This document shows positions 25,415 through 34,259 of a stretch of DNA of 64,000 nucleotides, one piece after another. Each line of letters starts with the position of its first letter. Position 1 is the first letter of the stretch. Under the pieces are notes generated by a model. It was not told the origin of the DNA, ran no database searches, and saw nothing but the letters and a program-made list of their open reading frames with translations. A program made the translations under genes and the position numbers. The stretch is from a bacterium (GTDB lineage: Bacteria > Patescibacteriota > Minisyncoccia > Phycocordibacterales > UBA2100), in contig JAJXVV010000004.1 in NCBI GenBank assembly GCA_021781955.1, forward strand, positions 1,739 to 65,738, written 5' to 3'.

Positions 25415-25906
25415 TCACTGATTTGTAACGCACGCGCGGTACGTCTGGACGTTCCCTTCCACAACGTACGCCGCGTTATCCTGGTCCATAAAAACGAAAC
25501 TGCCGTCGGGATTAGCGAACCGCGCGCCCGTATCGGAGAACGTCTGCGGCAAGTGCACGCGGCGGCCGTCGGAGAGCGTGAGGTCCACAGCGGAATTCAA
25601 GAAGCTCGCTTCTATGGTCTTGCTGTCCGCGCATTGATAGCGCGCCAACGTCTCCTGATCCCACACGCTCGGGATGTGTGCTTGGATCGTGTGAATGGCC
25701 CGGTCGTACGGGAGTACGCTACGCGTGGTCGCGAGCCCGATGCCGATGATCGGCAGCGATATCAATATAAGCGCGAATATCATCAAGCGGTTGGAGTGTT
25801 TCCTCGTCTCGAGCCAGGGGTCGGTCGTCTTCACGACCCACCCCTTTACCAAGCCATGATCCTCCGCAGGAGGTGCCTGATCGGTCATAACGCTAAAGCA
25901 TAGCAA
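25415..25906 (-). CDS. MliC-family (membrane-bound lysozyme inhibitor-like) protein with TM anchor
   Basis: YQCADSKTIEASF...LTLSDGRRVHLPQTFSDTGARFANP...YRAC fits the MliC/PliC pattern (YxC ... SxSGARY ... C). The start is uncertain. Confidence 0.5.
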   Translation of the reverse strand: MLCFSVMTDQAPPAEDHGLVKGWVVKTTDPWLETRKHSNRLMIFALILISLPIIGIGLATTRSVLPYDRAIHTIQAHIPSVWDQETLARYQCADSKTIEASFLNSAVDLTLSDGRRVHLPQTFSDTGARFANPDGSFVFMDQDNAAYVVEGNVQTYRACVTNQ

Positions 25907-25915
25907 ACCGTCGTC

Positions 25916-26353
25916 TCATTGGCCATCGCTGGAATGCACGGCCCGAACGCGCCGCAGGGCACGCGCGAGCGCCTCGAGCTCTCCGTGCGGCACGCGCGAA
26001 AAGACACGGCGCAGAGCCTCCGTGGAGCGGGCACAATGCTCCGAAAGGCGGCGCTTGCCGAGCGTCGTTAAAGAAAGCCGCTTGATGCGTTTGTCCGTCG
26101 CGCATACGGTCTGCCGCACGAATTTCCGCGCGACGAGATGATTGACGAGCGAGGTAGCGGACGGCGCCGTGATCCTGAGGTGTGCGGCGACTTCCCGCAT
26201 CGTCGGCGCTTCGGACGAAGCGATGAACTTCATCGTCTCGAAATGAAGCCAGGCATTCGGGTCGCTTTGCGCTTCCGGTAAATTCGCGCGCACGACTTGC
26301 CGCACCGAGAAGAAGAGCGTCGAGAGTTCTTCGAAAGACGCCTTGTCGCGCAT
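25916..26353 (-). CDS. MarR-family transcriptional regulator
   Basis: Winged HTH typical of MarR (MREVAAHLRITAPSATSLVNHLVARKFVRQ...DKRIKRLSLT). Confidence 0.8.
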   Translation of the reverse strand: MRDKASFEELSTLFFSVRQVVRANLPEAQSDPNAWLHFETMKFIASSEAPTMREVAAHLRITAPSATSLVNHLVARKFVRQTVCATDKRIKRLSLTTLGKRRLSEHCARSTEALRRVFSRVPHGELEALARALRRVRAVHSSDGQ

Positions 26354-26357
26354 ACAC

Positions 26358-27872
26358 TTATCCTGCCATGGCCTCGGCTCGCGCCTCCGCAGAAAGCTCC
26401 GCGCCGCTCCCCGAGCGACGCAGCAACACGAGCCCGAGCACGCCGCCGATGAACATCGCCCCGGCGGCGAACACGAAAACCTCCCCGTACGCGAGCAGGT
26501 CGGCCTTCAGGATGATGAGCTGCGTCCCTTGCGCGATCACCTGCGGGACGGTGCTCCGAATGACGGAGTGTTGCGCGACGGACAGGACGTTCGCGTTCGT
26601 CGCATTGGTGAGTACCGTACCGAACAGCGCGATACCGAACGCGCCCCCGATGTTGCGCGTGAGATTGAGGAGCCCCGAAGACATGCCGACCTCGTTCACG
26701 GGAACCGCGGTCGTGGCGGCGGTCGTCAGAGGCGCCATGCCGAGCCCCAGTCCTGCGCCGAAGAGCGCGAGCGGGACGATAAAGCTCGCGTAGGTCATCG
26801 TGGGATCGAGCGTGCGCAGCATGTAAAAGCTGAGCGCGGCAATCGCCATGCCTGCGGAGACCGTGTAGCGCGGATGGAAGGTGTGCGCGAGCCGTGCGCC
26901 TAAGGGCGCGAATATCGGTAATGCGAGTCCCATCGGAACAAAAATCAAGCCTGTCTGCACCGCGTCGTACCCGAGGAAGGTCTGCGTGAAAACCGGCAGC
27001 AAGAACATCGCGCCCATCATCCCGCCGAACGAGATGAACGACACCGCGAGCACCGAGACGATAGTCGGATTTTGGAAGAGTCTGAAATCAATGACGGGAT
27101 GCTCATGGCGAGTTTCCCACCAGTAGGTCAGGTAGCCGAATACGATGGTCGCCGCGTAGGAAGCAATGCTCGCTGCCGAGGTCCAGCCCCACGTTTGCCC
27201 CTGGTCGAGCACCATCACCATCGGCGTAATAGCGCCGGCGAGCAGGACAGAGCCGAACCAGTCGAATGCGCCGCGATCGGTCGGCCGGTCGTGCGGGAGG
27301 AAGAGAAGCGTCATCAAAAGTCCGGCGATGCCGATGGGCAGGTTGATGTAGAAGATCATGCGCCAAGAGAACGAGTCGATGAGGTAGCCGCCCAGCAAGG
27401 GGCCTATCACTGCAGAGACCGCAAAGGAAGACGACCAGATGCCGAGTGCCTGCGCTCGCGCTCTCGGCTCGACGAACGATTTGGCGATGAGCGACATCGC
27501 GGTCGGATAGATAGCTGCCCCGACGAGACCTTGAAGGGTCCGAAAGAATATGAGCGACGGAAAATCCCAGGCAAGTCCCGTGAGCACGGAGACGACAATG
27601 AAGCCGACGAAACTCCAGAGGTAGATGACGCGATTCCCGAAGAGATCGCCAAGCTTGCCGAAGACGGGCACGAAGACGGCGTTCGAGATGATGTAGGCGG
27701 TCGCGATCCACGCTGCGGTCGTCACGTCAATGCCGAAATCGTTGATCACTTTCGGCACCGCGAGATTGACCACGGTGCGGTCGAGGCCGATCAAGAGCGT
27801 CCCGAGCATGACCGTGGCCAGGACGAGCCAGGGATGCCCGGCAAGCGAGTGCGTGTCATTTTTCGTCGTCAT
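26358..27872 (-). CDS. MFS transporter, DHA2 (14-TMS drug:H+ antiporter, EmrB/QacA-like)
   Basis: 504 aa with ~14 TM helices. MFS motif A region GKLGDLFGNRV and DHA2-type motif C. Confidence 0.8.
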   Translation of the reverse strand: MTTKNDTHSLAGHPWLVLATVMLGTLLIGLDRTVVNLAVPKVINDFGIDVTTAAWIATAYIISNAVFVPVFGKLGDLFGNRVIYLWSFVGFIVVSVLTGLAWDFPSLIFFRTLQGLVGAAIYPTAMSLIAKSFVEPRARAQALGIWSSSFAVSAVIGPLLGGYLIDSFSWRMIFYINLPIGIAGLLMTLLFLPHDRPTDRGAFDWFGSVLLAGAITPMVMVLDQGQTWGWTSAASIASYAATIVFGYLTYWWETRHEHPVIDFRLFQNPTIVSVLAVSFISFGGMMGAMFLLPVFTQTFLGYDAVQTGLIFVPMGLALPIFAPLGARLAHTFHPRYTVSAGMAIAALSFYMLRTLDPTMTYASFIVPLALFGAGLGLGMAPLTTAATTAVPVNEVGMSSGLLNLTRNIGGAFGIALFGTVLTNATNANVLSVAQHSVIRSTVPQVIAQGTQLIILKADLLAYGEVFVFAAGAMFIGGVLGLVLLRRSGSGAELSAEARAEAMAG

Positions 27873-27899
27873 ATCCTTAAACAGCTACGGAACGAGACT

Positions 27900-28015
27900 G
27901 AAAGTCGCGAGGCGTGCGTGCCTTGCCGTCTCTCGCAGCTCGACGGCGCGAGAGGGAGTGCTGGCGCAGCAGCGCCAGACAGCGACGGCAAGGCATGCAT
28001 GTCGATGCGACTTTC
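27900..28015. repeat. Large nested inverted-repeat structure (~116 nt) between the hlyD-like and MFS genes
   Basis: Outer arms 27900-27930 and 27984-28015 are roughly 31 nt and imperfect. Two inner perfect hairpins sit between them: TCTCGC-n11-GCGAGA at 27931-27953 and CTGGCGC-agca-GCGCCAG at 27961-27978. Confidence 0.5.
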
Positions 28016-28655
28016 ATCGAGTGTAGATCCACATGCGCGCCGACATGCCGCTCTTGAGTTCGGGGTGTGCCGACGTATCGAAACGCGCCTTCACATCGAA
28101 CTGCTGCACCTGCCGCTGGTTGGAAATATTGAACACGACGCCTGCGGAGTTGGCGATCGGCGCTATCTCGTCCACCACGGCGGTGAACTGCTGCGAACCG
28201 AACGCGTCGACGGTAAAAGTGACGGGATCGCCGACCTTCACGCGATCGAGCCCCTTGTTCTCGTCAACTTCACCGACAACCCGCAGCTGCGTCGGGTCGA
28301 TCATCGCAACGACCGTTTGTCCCGGATTCATCTGCGCGCCGATGGTCTGCGGAACGGACACGATGAGTCCGGCCACCTTCGATTTGATGATCTCGTTGCC
28401 GACGCGCGCGACGGGCTGATCGGAATCGACCGTGTCCCCTTCGTTGACATAAACCGCGTTCAGAATGCCGGGCGATGAGGGCGAAAGGTCGATCTCCGGC
28501 GCCTGGATGGTCGAAAGGTCGACGTACACGTAGCGCGAGTTGGTGTACCAGTAGATGAATATCCCGGCTATCGCGCCGATGGCGACGACCAAGAGCCCGG
28601 TGCGTATCCAGATGGTGCGCTGCGAAGTCGAGGATGTATGTGAAGCGGTGGACAT
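28014..28655 (-). CDS. HlyD-family secretion protein (short EmrA-like adaptor lacking the coiled-coil)
   Basis: TM anchor plus biotinyl-lipoyl and beta-barrel segments. It lies immediately upstream of the DHA2 MFS gene. Confidence 0.7.
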   Translation of the reverse strand: MSTASHTSSTSQRTIWIRTGLLVVAIGAIAGIFIYWYTNSRYVYVDLSTIQAPEIDLSPSSPGILNAVYVNEGDTVDSDQPVARVGNEIIKSKVAGLIVSVPQTIGAQMNPGQTVVAMIDPTQLRVVGEVDENKGLDRVKVGDPVTFTVDAFGSQQFTAVVDEIAPIANSAGVVFNISNQRQVQQFDVKARFDTSAHPELKSGMSARMWIYTR

Positions 28656-28660
28656 AAAAG

Positions 28661-30238
28661 CTATTGAGATGAGCCGAACGCGCGGATAAGGTTGCTTGCG
28701 GTAATGCCAGAGAGCACCTGCGTGGTACCGGAAGCGCTCGAAATACCGATGGTTACCGGCGTCAGTACGTCATCACCCGTCCCTTTGACGAGCACGAACG
28801 TGCTCGTCCCCTTCGTGATGATGGCGCTCGACGGCACGGTCAGGACATCAGTGGCGCTACTGGTCGTAATGGAAACGTTGCCTGAAAGCCCCGCTTGCAC
28901 GCGCGGATCGCGCTGGTCGAACTCGAGCGTCACCTTGTACGACGAAATGCCGTTCTGCACCGTTGCGGCCGGATCGACCGCAACAACGCGCGCACTGAGC
29001 GGAGCGTCGTTCTTGTAGGCGTCCAGCGATACCTGCGCAGCATCCCCCATCGCGATTTTGGAAACATCGGTCTCCGGCACGTACGTTTCGAATTGGAACT
29101 GCGCGTCCGATATCATCGAAATGAGCGGCGCGCCGGGCGATGCGGTCGCGCCCAAATTCGCGTTGTTGTTCGTCACCGTGCCCGAGAACGGCGCGTAGAG
29201 CGAGGTTTGCGAAAGTGCTACCTGCGCAGCGTCGAGGTTGGCCTGTGCCGCAGCGACGGCGGCGACCTGCTGCGCGGTGTCCTGCGCCGTAGCGGGAGCC
29301 TGTGCGAGCGCGAGGCTCGATTGAGCGTTCGCGAGCGCTGCCTCTGAGGCAGTGAGCGCGGTCTGTGCGGTATTGAGCCCGGCGATCGCGGCGTTGAGGT
29401 TGGTGCGAGCCAACGCGACGGTCGACTGAAGTCCCGCGATAGCGGCCGCATTGTAGCTCGAGGACGGCACGGCAGTGGAGAGCCCGTTCGCGACCTCAGC
29501 GAGGTACGCGCTCACCTTCTGCAGGCCGCTCTGCGCCTGCGTCGCGGCGGCGGTCACGCTGTCAGCGGTCGAATCCGCGGAAAGCGCCGCCTGAACGCCC
29601 TGGAGCGATGAGAGCCACGCTCCGACGGCCACGCGGTCAGCCGGTATCGAGGCTTGCAGTTGCGAGTCGCTCAAGCTCACCACCAGGGTCGGCGAAGACG
29701 AGAGGGGGTTGTTGAGCGCCTGGTCGGCCTTGTTGTGCACGGAATCATACGTGGTTGCATATGCGCTCTGTATCGCCGAGATGACGTTCTGCTCGTTTTG
29801 CGCGACAGTCGATTGCGCACCGCTCACGGCGGTCTGCGCGACCGCAATGCTCTCCGGCCGCGTACCGGCCTGCAAAGCGGCAAGTTTCGCCTGTTGTACC
29901 GCGAGCGCGGCCTGCGCCTGCTCGAGCGCGGCCTGCGCGTCGCTCGGATCGATCGAAGCAAGGAGCGTACCGCGGGCCACGTGCGTGCCCGCGACCGGCC
30001 CGGCGTAGGTGATGCTGCCTGAGCGCTGGAACGAGAGGTCCGTGCTCTCGGCAGCCTTGACGTTGCCCGGCGCATCGACCTCTTGCGTGATGGGGCCCTG
30101 CACGGGGTGCACGTACGAACCCGAGAGGTTCGGATTGGTCGAGACGAACGCGTACGCGATCGAGACGATCGCCACAACGAGCGCCGCGCCGATAACAACG
30201 GGCGGCTGCAGCAAACGAGCGCGCAGTGCTGGACTCAT
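28661..30238 (-). CDS. Efflux adaptor (HlyD/MFP family) with a long A/Q/T-rich coiled-coil
   Basis: 525 aa with a TM anchor and lipoyl-like segments flanking a ~250-aa coiled-coil. Its architecture parallels the 18945-20732 protein. Confidence 0.7.
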   Translation of the reverse strand: MSPALRARLLQPPVVIGAALVVAIVSIAYAFVSTNPNLSGSYVHPVQGPITQEVDAPGNVKAAESTDLSFQRSGSITYAGPVAGTHVARGTLLASIDPSDAQAALEQAQAALAVQQAKLAALQAGTRPESIAVAQTAVSGAQSTVAQNEQNVISAIQSAYATTYDSVHNKADQALNNPLSSSPTLVVSLSDSQLQASIPADRVAVGAWLSSLQGVQAALSADSTADSVTAAATQAQSGLQKVSAYLAEVANGLSTAVPSSSYNAAAIAGLQSTVALARTNLNAAIAGLNTAQTALTASEAALANAQSSLALAQAPATAQDTAQQVAAVAAAQANLDAAQVALSQTSLYAPFSGTVTNNNANLGATASPGAPLISMISDAQFQFETYVPETDVSKIAMGDAAQVSLDAYKNDAPLSARVVAVDPAATVQNGISSYKVTLEFDQRDPRVQAGLSGNVSITTSSATDVLTVPSSAIITKGTSTFVLVKGTGDDVLTPVTIGISSASGTTQVLSGITASNLIRAFGSSQ

Positions 30239-30248
30239 AGCAAAATAG

Positions 30249-30269
30249 TTAGATGTTCTAAGTATCTAT
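30249..30269. promoter_or_regulatory. AT-rich inverted repeats upstream of the efflux operon (candidate MarR operator / promoter)
   Basis: TTAGA-tgt-TCTAA and TAGAT-n9-ATCTA overlap, 10-30 nt upstream of the adaptor gene start. Confidence 0.3.
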
Positions 30270-30329
30270 AGTCTACCTCACAGCGCCTCCACGTGCAAGT
30301 GGGTACGTCGGCGCGAATGCGTACCGCCG

Positions 30330-30932
30330 TTACCGGAACACCCTGGCCGAGAACCACGCCGCACAGAACGTGGCGATCATGAGCGCGAGCCACGCGATAC
30401 CGACGAAGGTCGCGAGCTGTGCTTCCCTGTTTTCCACCTCCCGCATGTTGCGGCCGGCAACGACGTACTGCTGCCTCTGCGGCACGTATACGACCACGAT
30501 CGCTTGCCGCACACCGGGTGCTGGCTGCCACGTCACGCGATTCTCGTCCTGCGGGATATCATTCGTGAAGTGATGGCCCACGACCGGCGGTAAGCCGTTT
30601 TTCGCAGCATCGAGGACATCCGCGGGCAGCGTAGGCGGCGCACCGTTCAAAGCGGCCGACGATTCGAGCAACGTGCCGGAGGCATCATAGATGGCGATCC
30701 AGGGCGCAAGACTGCGCGCAATGTCGATCGACGCGATGCCGCGCTGCACGAGCTGCGCCGGAACGCCGCCGCCAGCGAGCACTGCCGCGCCGTCCTCCGC
30801 CATTTGTATCTGCGGATCGTTCAGCGATTGGCGATATTGCTGCTGCACGGTCGCGTACGCGAGCAAGCACAGCCCGGTGATCGCGACCCCGAGCGGCAGC
30901 CATGCCGAAAATGCACGTACAAGGTATTGCAT
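30330..30932 (-). CDS. Hypothetical membrane protein (TM - extracytoplasmic domain - TM), sensor-like topology with no output domain
   Basis: Two predicted TM helices flank a ~150-aa hydrophilic domain. No catalytic motif was recognised. Confidence 0.45.
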   Translation of the reverse strand: MQYLVRAFSAWLPLGVAITGLCLLAYATVQQQYRQSLNDPQIQMAEDGAAVLAGGGVPAQLVQRGIASIDIARSLAPWIAIYDASGTLLESSAALNGAPPTLPADVLDAAKNGLPPVVGHHFTNDIPQDENRVTWQPAPGVRQAIVVVYVPQRQQYVVAGRNMREVENREAQLATFVGIAWLALMIATFCAAWFSARVFR

Positions 30933-30969
30933 GCCTACAACTATAGCGCCCCGAACGACGCGGGCAAGA

Positions 30970-31719
30970 TCACACCTCTATCTTTGAGAAGAAGTAGCTG
31001 CCGAGAGCGAGGAATACGGCGGTCACGAGCACGAGCACGCCGATGTCGAGCATGAGCCCGAACTGGGCGGCGCCGATAAGGAGGTAGCGCATCGCGTCGA
31101 CGCCGTAGCTGAGCGGGTCGAAGCGTGCTATCCAGAGCATCACTACGGGGACATTGTTGAGCGGGAAAAGCGCGCCGGAGAGGAAAAAGAGCGGCATGAC
31201 GAGAAAGTTCATGACCAGCTGAAAACCTTGGAAATCGCGCATGAGGGAGCCGACCATCACGCCGATCGCGGAAAAGAGCGTGCCGGTCATGAGCATCAAG
31301 AGATACACCGCCGGCAGCGCCAGCCACGAAACCGGGTGGAACCCAGCGAGCATGGTCGCGGCGAGCACGATCAGGCCTTGGAACGAGGCGACGGTGGCGC
31401 CGCCGAGCGTGCGGCCGAACATGATGGCGATGCGCGGCACGGGCGCGACGAGCGTTTCTTTGAGAAACCCGAACTGCCGGTCCCAAATCACCTGTACCCC
31501 GTTGAATATCGAGGTGAAGATGATGCTCATGCCGATGATGCCCGGCGCGAGGAAGTCGATATAGCTGCCTCTCCCTGCTGCCGCGTATACTGAGCCGAAA
31601 CCATAGCCGAACGCGAGCAAAAAGAGGAGCGGCTGTCCCAAGCTGCCGAGGATGCGCGACTTCGAACGTATGAACCGCTTAAGCTCCCGCAACCACATGA
31701 TGTAGATCGTTCGCCACAT
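30970..31719 (-). CDS. ABC-2 family transporter permease
   Basis: 6-TM ABC-2 permease pattern. It is adjacent to a DrrA-like ATPase. Confidence 0.8.
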   Translation of the reverse strand: MWRTIYIMWLRELKRFIRSKSRILGSLGQPLLFLLAFGYGFGSVYAAAGRGSYIDFLAPGIIGMSIIFTSIFNGVQVIWDRQFGFLKETLVAPVPRIAIMFGRTLGGATVASFQGLIVLAATMLAGFHPVSWLALPAVYLLMLMTGTLFSAIGVMVGSLMRDFQGFQLVMNFLVMPLFFLSGALFPLNNVPVVMLWIARFDPLSYGVDAMRYLLIGAAQFGLMLDIGVLVLVTAVFLALGSYFFSKIEV

Positions 31720-31726
31720 ACTCGTA

Positions 31727-32515
31727 TTATCGCCTGCCGCGTATCATGCGCATTCGCGCCGAAGGATCCGCGTTCTCCTGCCGTATCTCGCGACCGGTCA
31801 GCTGCAAGAAAGCGTCCTCGAGCGATGCGGCGCCCGTGCGTTCCTTGAGCTCGGTGCTCGTCCCTGCCGCGATGATCTCTCCGTGGTCGATAACGGCGAT
31901 GCGCTCGGCGTTGCGTTCCGCCTCTTCCATGTAGTGCGTCGTGAAGAAGACCGTGATGCCTTCGCTCGCGCGAAGCTTGTGCAAGTACTCCCACATGTGG
32001 TTGCGCGTTTGCGGATCGAGGCCGAGCGTCGGCTCGTCGAGGAAAATGATCTTCGGGTGATGGAGCAGGCCGCGCGCGATCTCAAGCCGGCGCTTCATGC
32101 CGCCGGAGAATTCCTTCACGAAACTATCGCGCCTGTCATGCAGCTCGACGAATTCGAGGAGCTCGGAGATGCGGGCGCGGCGTACCGGGCGCGGCACGCC
32201 ATAGAGCACGCCGTGGAACTCCATGTTCTCCCACGCGGTGAGGTCGTCGTCGAGCGAAGGGTCTTGGAACACGATGCCGCACGAGTGCCGCACCGCGCCG
32301 GGTTCGCGCACCGGATCGTGGCCATCTATCTCGATAGAACCGGAGGTCGGCTGGAGGAGGGTCGTGAGCATCTTGATGGTGGTCGATTTGCCCGCGCCGT
32401 TTGGGCCCAGGAAGGCGAACGTGGTGCCTTCGGCGACCGCGAAGGAGATCTGCTTGACCGCGTCGAACTCACCGAAGCGCTTGTGCAAGCCGTTGACCCG
32501 TATGATATCAGCCAT
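31727..32515 (-). CDS. ABC transporter ATP-binding protein (DrrA/daunorubicin-type)
   Basis: Walker A GPNGAGKST, signature FSGGMKRR and Walker B IIFLDEPTLGLD. Confidence 0.85.
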   Translation of the reverse strand: MADIIRVNGLHKRFGEFDAVKQISFAVAEGTTFAFLGPNGAGKSTTIKMLTTLLQPTSGSIEIDGHDPVREPGAVRHSCGIVFQDPSLDDDLTAWENMEFHGVLYGVPRPVRRARISELLEFVELHDRRDSFVKEFSGGMKRRLEIARGLLHHPKIIFLDEPTLGLDPQTRNHMWEYLHKLRASEGITVFFTTHYMEEAERNAERIAVIDHGEIIAAGTSTELKERTGAASLEDAFLQLTGREIRQENADPSARMRMIRGRR

Positions 32516-32547
32516 AAAGAAAGGGGTGCTATGATGGTACTACAAGT

Positions 32548-32919
32548 ATGAGAGGAGGGAAATTACGCGCGAAGGTGTCCCATATCCGGCCTTCGTTGCG
32601 TGCGATAGCCACGCTTTGGCGAGAGGAGTACAGCTTCCGCGTGCAGGTGGCGAGCGGTATCGTCGTCGTGTTCGTTGGTTGGATGCTCGGTATCTCACGG
32701 GCCGAGTGGATCGCCGTGGTGCTTGTCAGCGGGGCGGTCTTCGCGACGGAGGCGCTAAACACCGCTCTCGAAGAACTCTGCGACCACGTCACGCCGGACC
32801 AGCACCCGAAGATCGGTAAGATCAAAGATCTCGGCTCGGGCGCGTCACTGCTCATGGGCATAACGGCGATCATTATCGGGCTCATTATTTTTATTCCCGC
32901 GCTCGCGCGCATGCTATGA
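32548..32919 (+). CDS. dgkA: Diacylglycerol kinase / undecaprenol kinase family
   Basis: 123 aa, 3 TM. The conserved ATEALNTALEELCDH...KDLGSGASL segment aligns with DgkA. Confidence 0.8.
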   Translation: MRGGKLRAKVSHIRPSLRAIATLWREEYSFRVQVASGIVVVFVGWMLGISRAEWIAVVLVSGAVFATEALNTALEELCDHVTPDQHPKIGKIKDLGSGASLLMGITAIIIGLIIFIPALARML

Positions 32920-33473
32920 CCTTTCTCTTGCCTTTCGACTGGACGGTGCTTATCGCGCTTACCTCGCACCAGACCTACGGCTGGATCATCGCTGCGATCA
33001 TCGTGAGCGAGCTGGGCCGAGCGACGACGATCGCGCTGCTGACGCTCGCGCTCGCGCTCTACCTCGGACTTAAGAGACATTTCATCCTTATGCAAGGGCT
33101 TGTTCTCGCCGTCGCCACGAGCGGTATCATGACGTTCCTGCTCAAGGGCGCCGTCGCCCGCCCGCGGCCGCCCATGCAGTATTGGGCATACCACGAGATC
33201 TGGTGGTCCTTCCCGAGCGCGCACTCGGCGCTTTCGATGGCTTTTTACGGTTTCGTCGCTTATATCGCGCTCCGCACTACGCACTCGAAGAGCCTCCGCA
33301 TCCTTGCGCTCACCTTCGCCGCAGCGCTTATCCTCATCATCGGCTTCACGCGACTCTATCTCGGCGTGCACTACTTGAGCGACGTTCTGGGCGGCTACTT
33401 GCTCGGCGCCACGTGCGTGTGGCTAGGAATATGGGCCGCCCGCTCGCTAGAACGTGGTAGCATGTCCGCATGA
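32916..33473 (+). CDS. PAP2-family phosphatase (candidate undecaprenyl-diphosphate/lipid phosphatase)
   Basis: Motifs KGAVARPRP, SFPSAHS and TRLYLGVHYLSDVLGG. Start and stop overlap both neighbours. Confidence 0.75.
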   Translation: MTFLLPFDWTVLIALTSHQTYGWIIAAIIVSELGRATTIALLTLALALYLGLKRHFILMQGLVLAVATSGIMTFLLKGAVARPRPPMQYWAYHEIWWSFPSAHSALSMAFYGFVAYIALRTTHSKSLRILALTFAAALILIIGFTRLYLGVHYLSDVLGGYLLGATCVWLGIWAARSLERGSMSA

Positions 33474-34240
33474 CACCCATAGACGCCTTTATCCTCGGCA
33501 TCGTCGAGGGCATTACCGAGTTCCTCCCCGTCTCATCGACCGGCCACCTTATCCTCACGAGCAGCTTGCTCGGCATCGCGAGCTCGGATTTCGTCAAATC
33601 CTTCGAGATCATCATCCAACTCGGTGCTATTCTCGCGGTGGTCGTGCTCTACTTCAAGTCGTTTTTCGACTGGGAGGTGCTGAAGCGGCTCGTTGTCGCC
33701 TTCATTCCGACCGGCATCATCGGCCTTGCGCTCTATCACGTGGTCAAAACCTATTTGCTCGGCAATGACACTATCGTGCTGTGGTCGCTCGCGCTCGGCG
33801 GCTTAGCGCTCATCTGCTTCGAGATGATACATGTGGAATCGTCCGAGGCAGTCGCCGACGTACGCGCCATCACCTACAAGCAAGCGGCGAGCCTCGGCGT
33901 CTTTCAGGCGATTGCCATCATCCCGGGCGTGTCGCGCTCGGCCGCGACCATCGTCGGCGGCTTGCTGATGGGCATCAATCGTCAAACGATCGTCAAATTC
34001 TCGTTCTTGCTCGCGGTGCCGACGATGATCGCCGCGTCCGGCCTCGACCTCGTCAAAAGCGGCGCCGCATTCTCGGGCGCCGACTACACGATCCTCGCCA
34101 TCGGCTTCGTCGTCTCGTTCGCCGTCGCGCTCTTCGCAGTCAAGTGGCTGCTCTCCTACATTCGCGAGCACACGTTCACCATCTTCGGCTGGTATCGTGT
34201 CCTCGCCGCCCTCGCGTTCTACTTCTTCATCGTCCGCTGA
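33470..34240 (+). CDS. uppP: Undecaprenyl-diphosphatase
   Basis: BacA/UppP signature EGITEFLPVSSTGHL and the second conserved PGVSRSAATI segment. Confidence 0.9.
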   Translation: MTPIDAFILGIVEGITEFLPVSSTGHLILTSSLLGIASSDFVKSFEIIIQLGAILAVVVLYFKSFFDWEVLKRLVVAFIPTGIIGLALYHVVKTYLLGNDTIVLWSLALGGLALICFEMIHVESSEAVADVRAITYKQAASLGVFQAIAIIPGVSRSAATIVGGLLMGINRQTIVKFSFLLAVPTMIAASGLDLVKSGAAFSGADYTILAIGFVVSFAVALFAVKWLLSYIREHTFTIFGWYRVLAALAFYFFIVR

Positions 34241-34259
34241 TCAAGACGATGCGCGGCGT

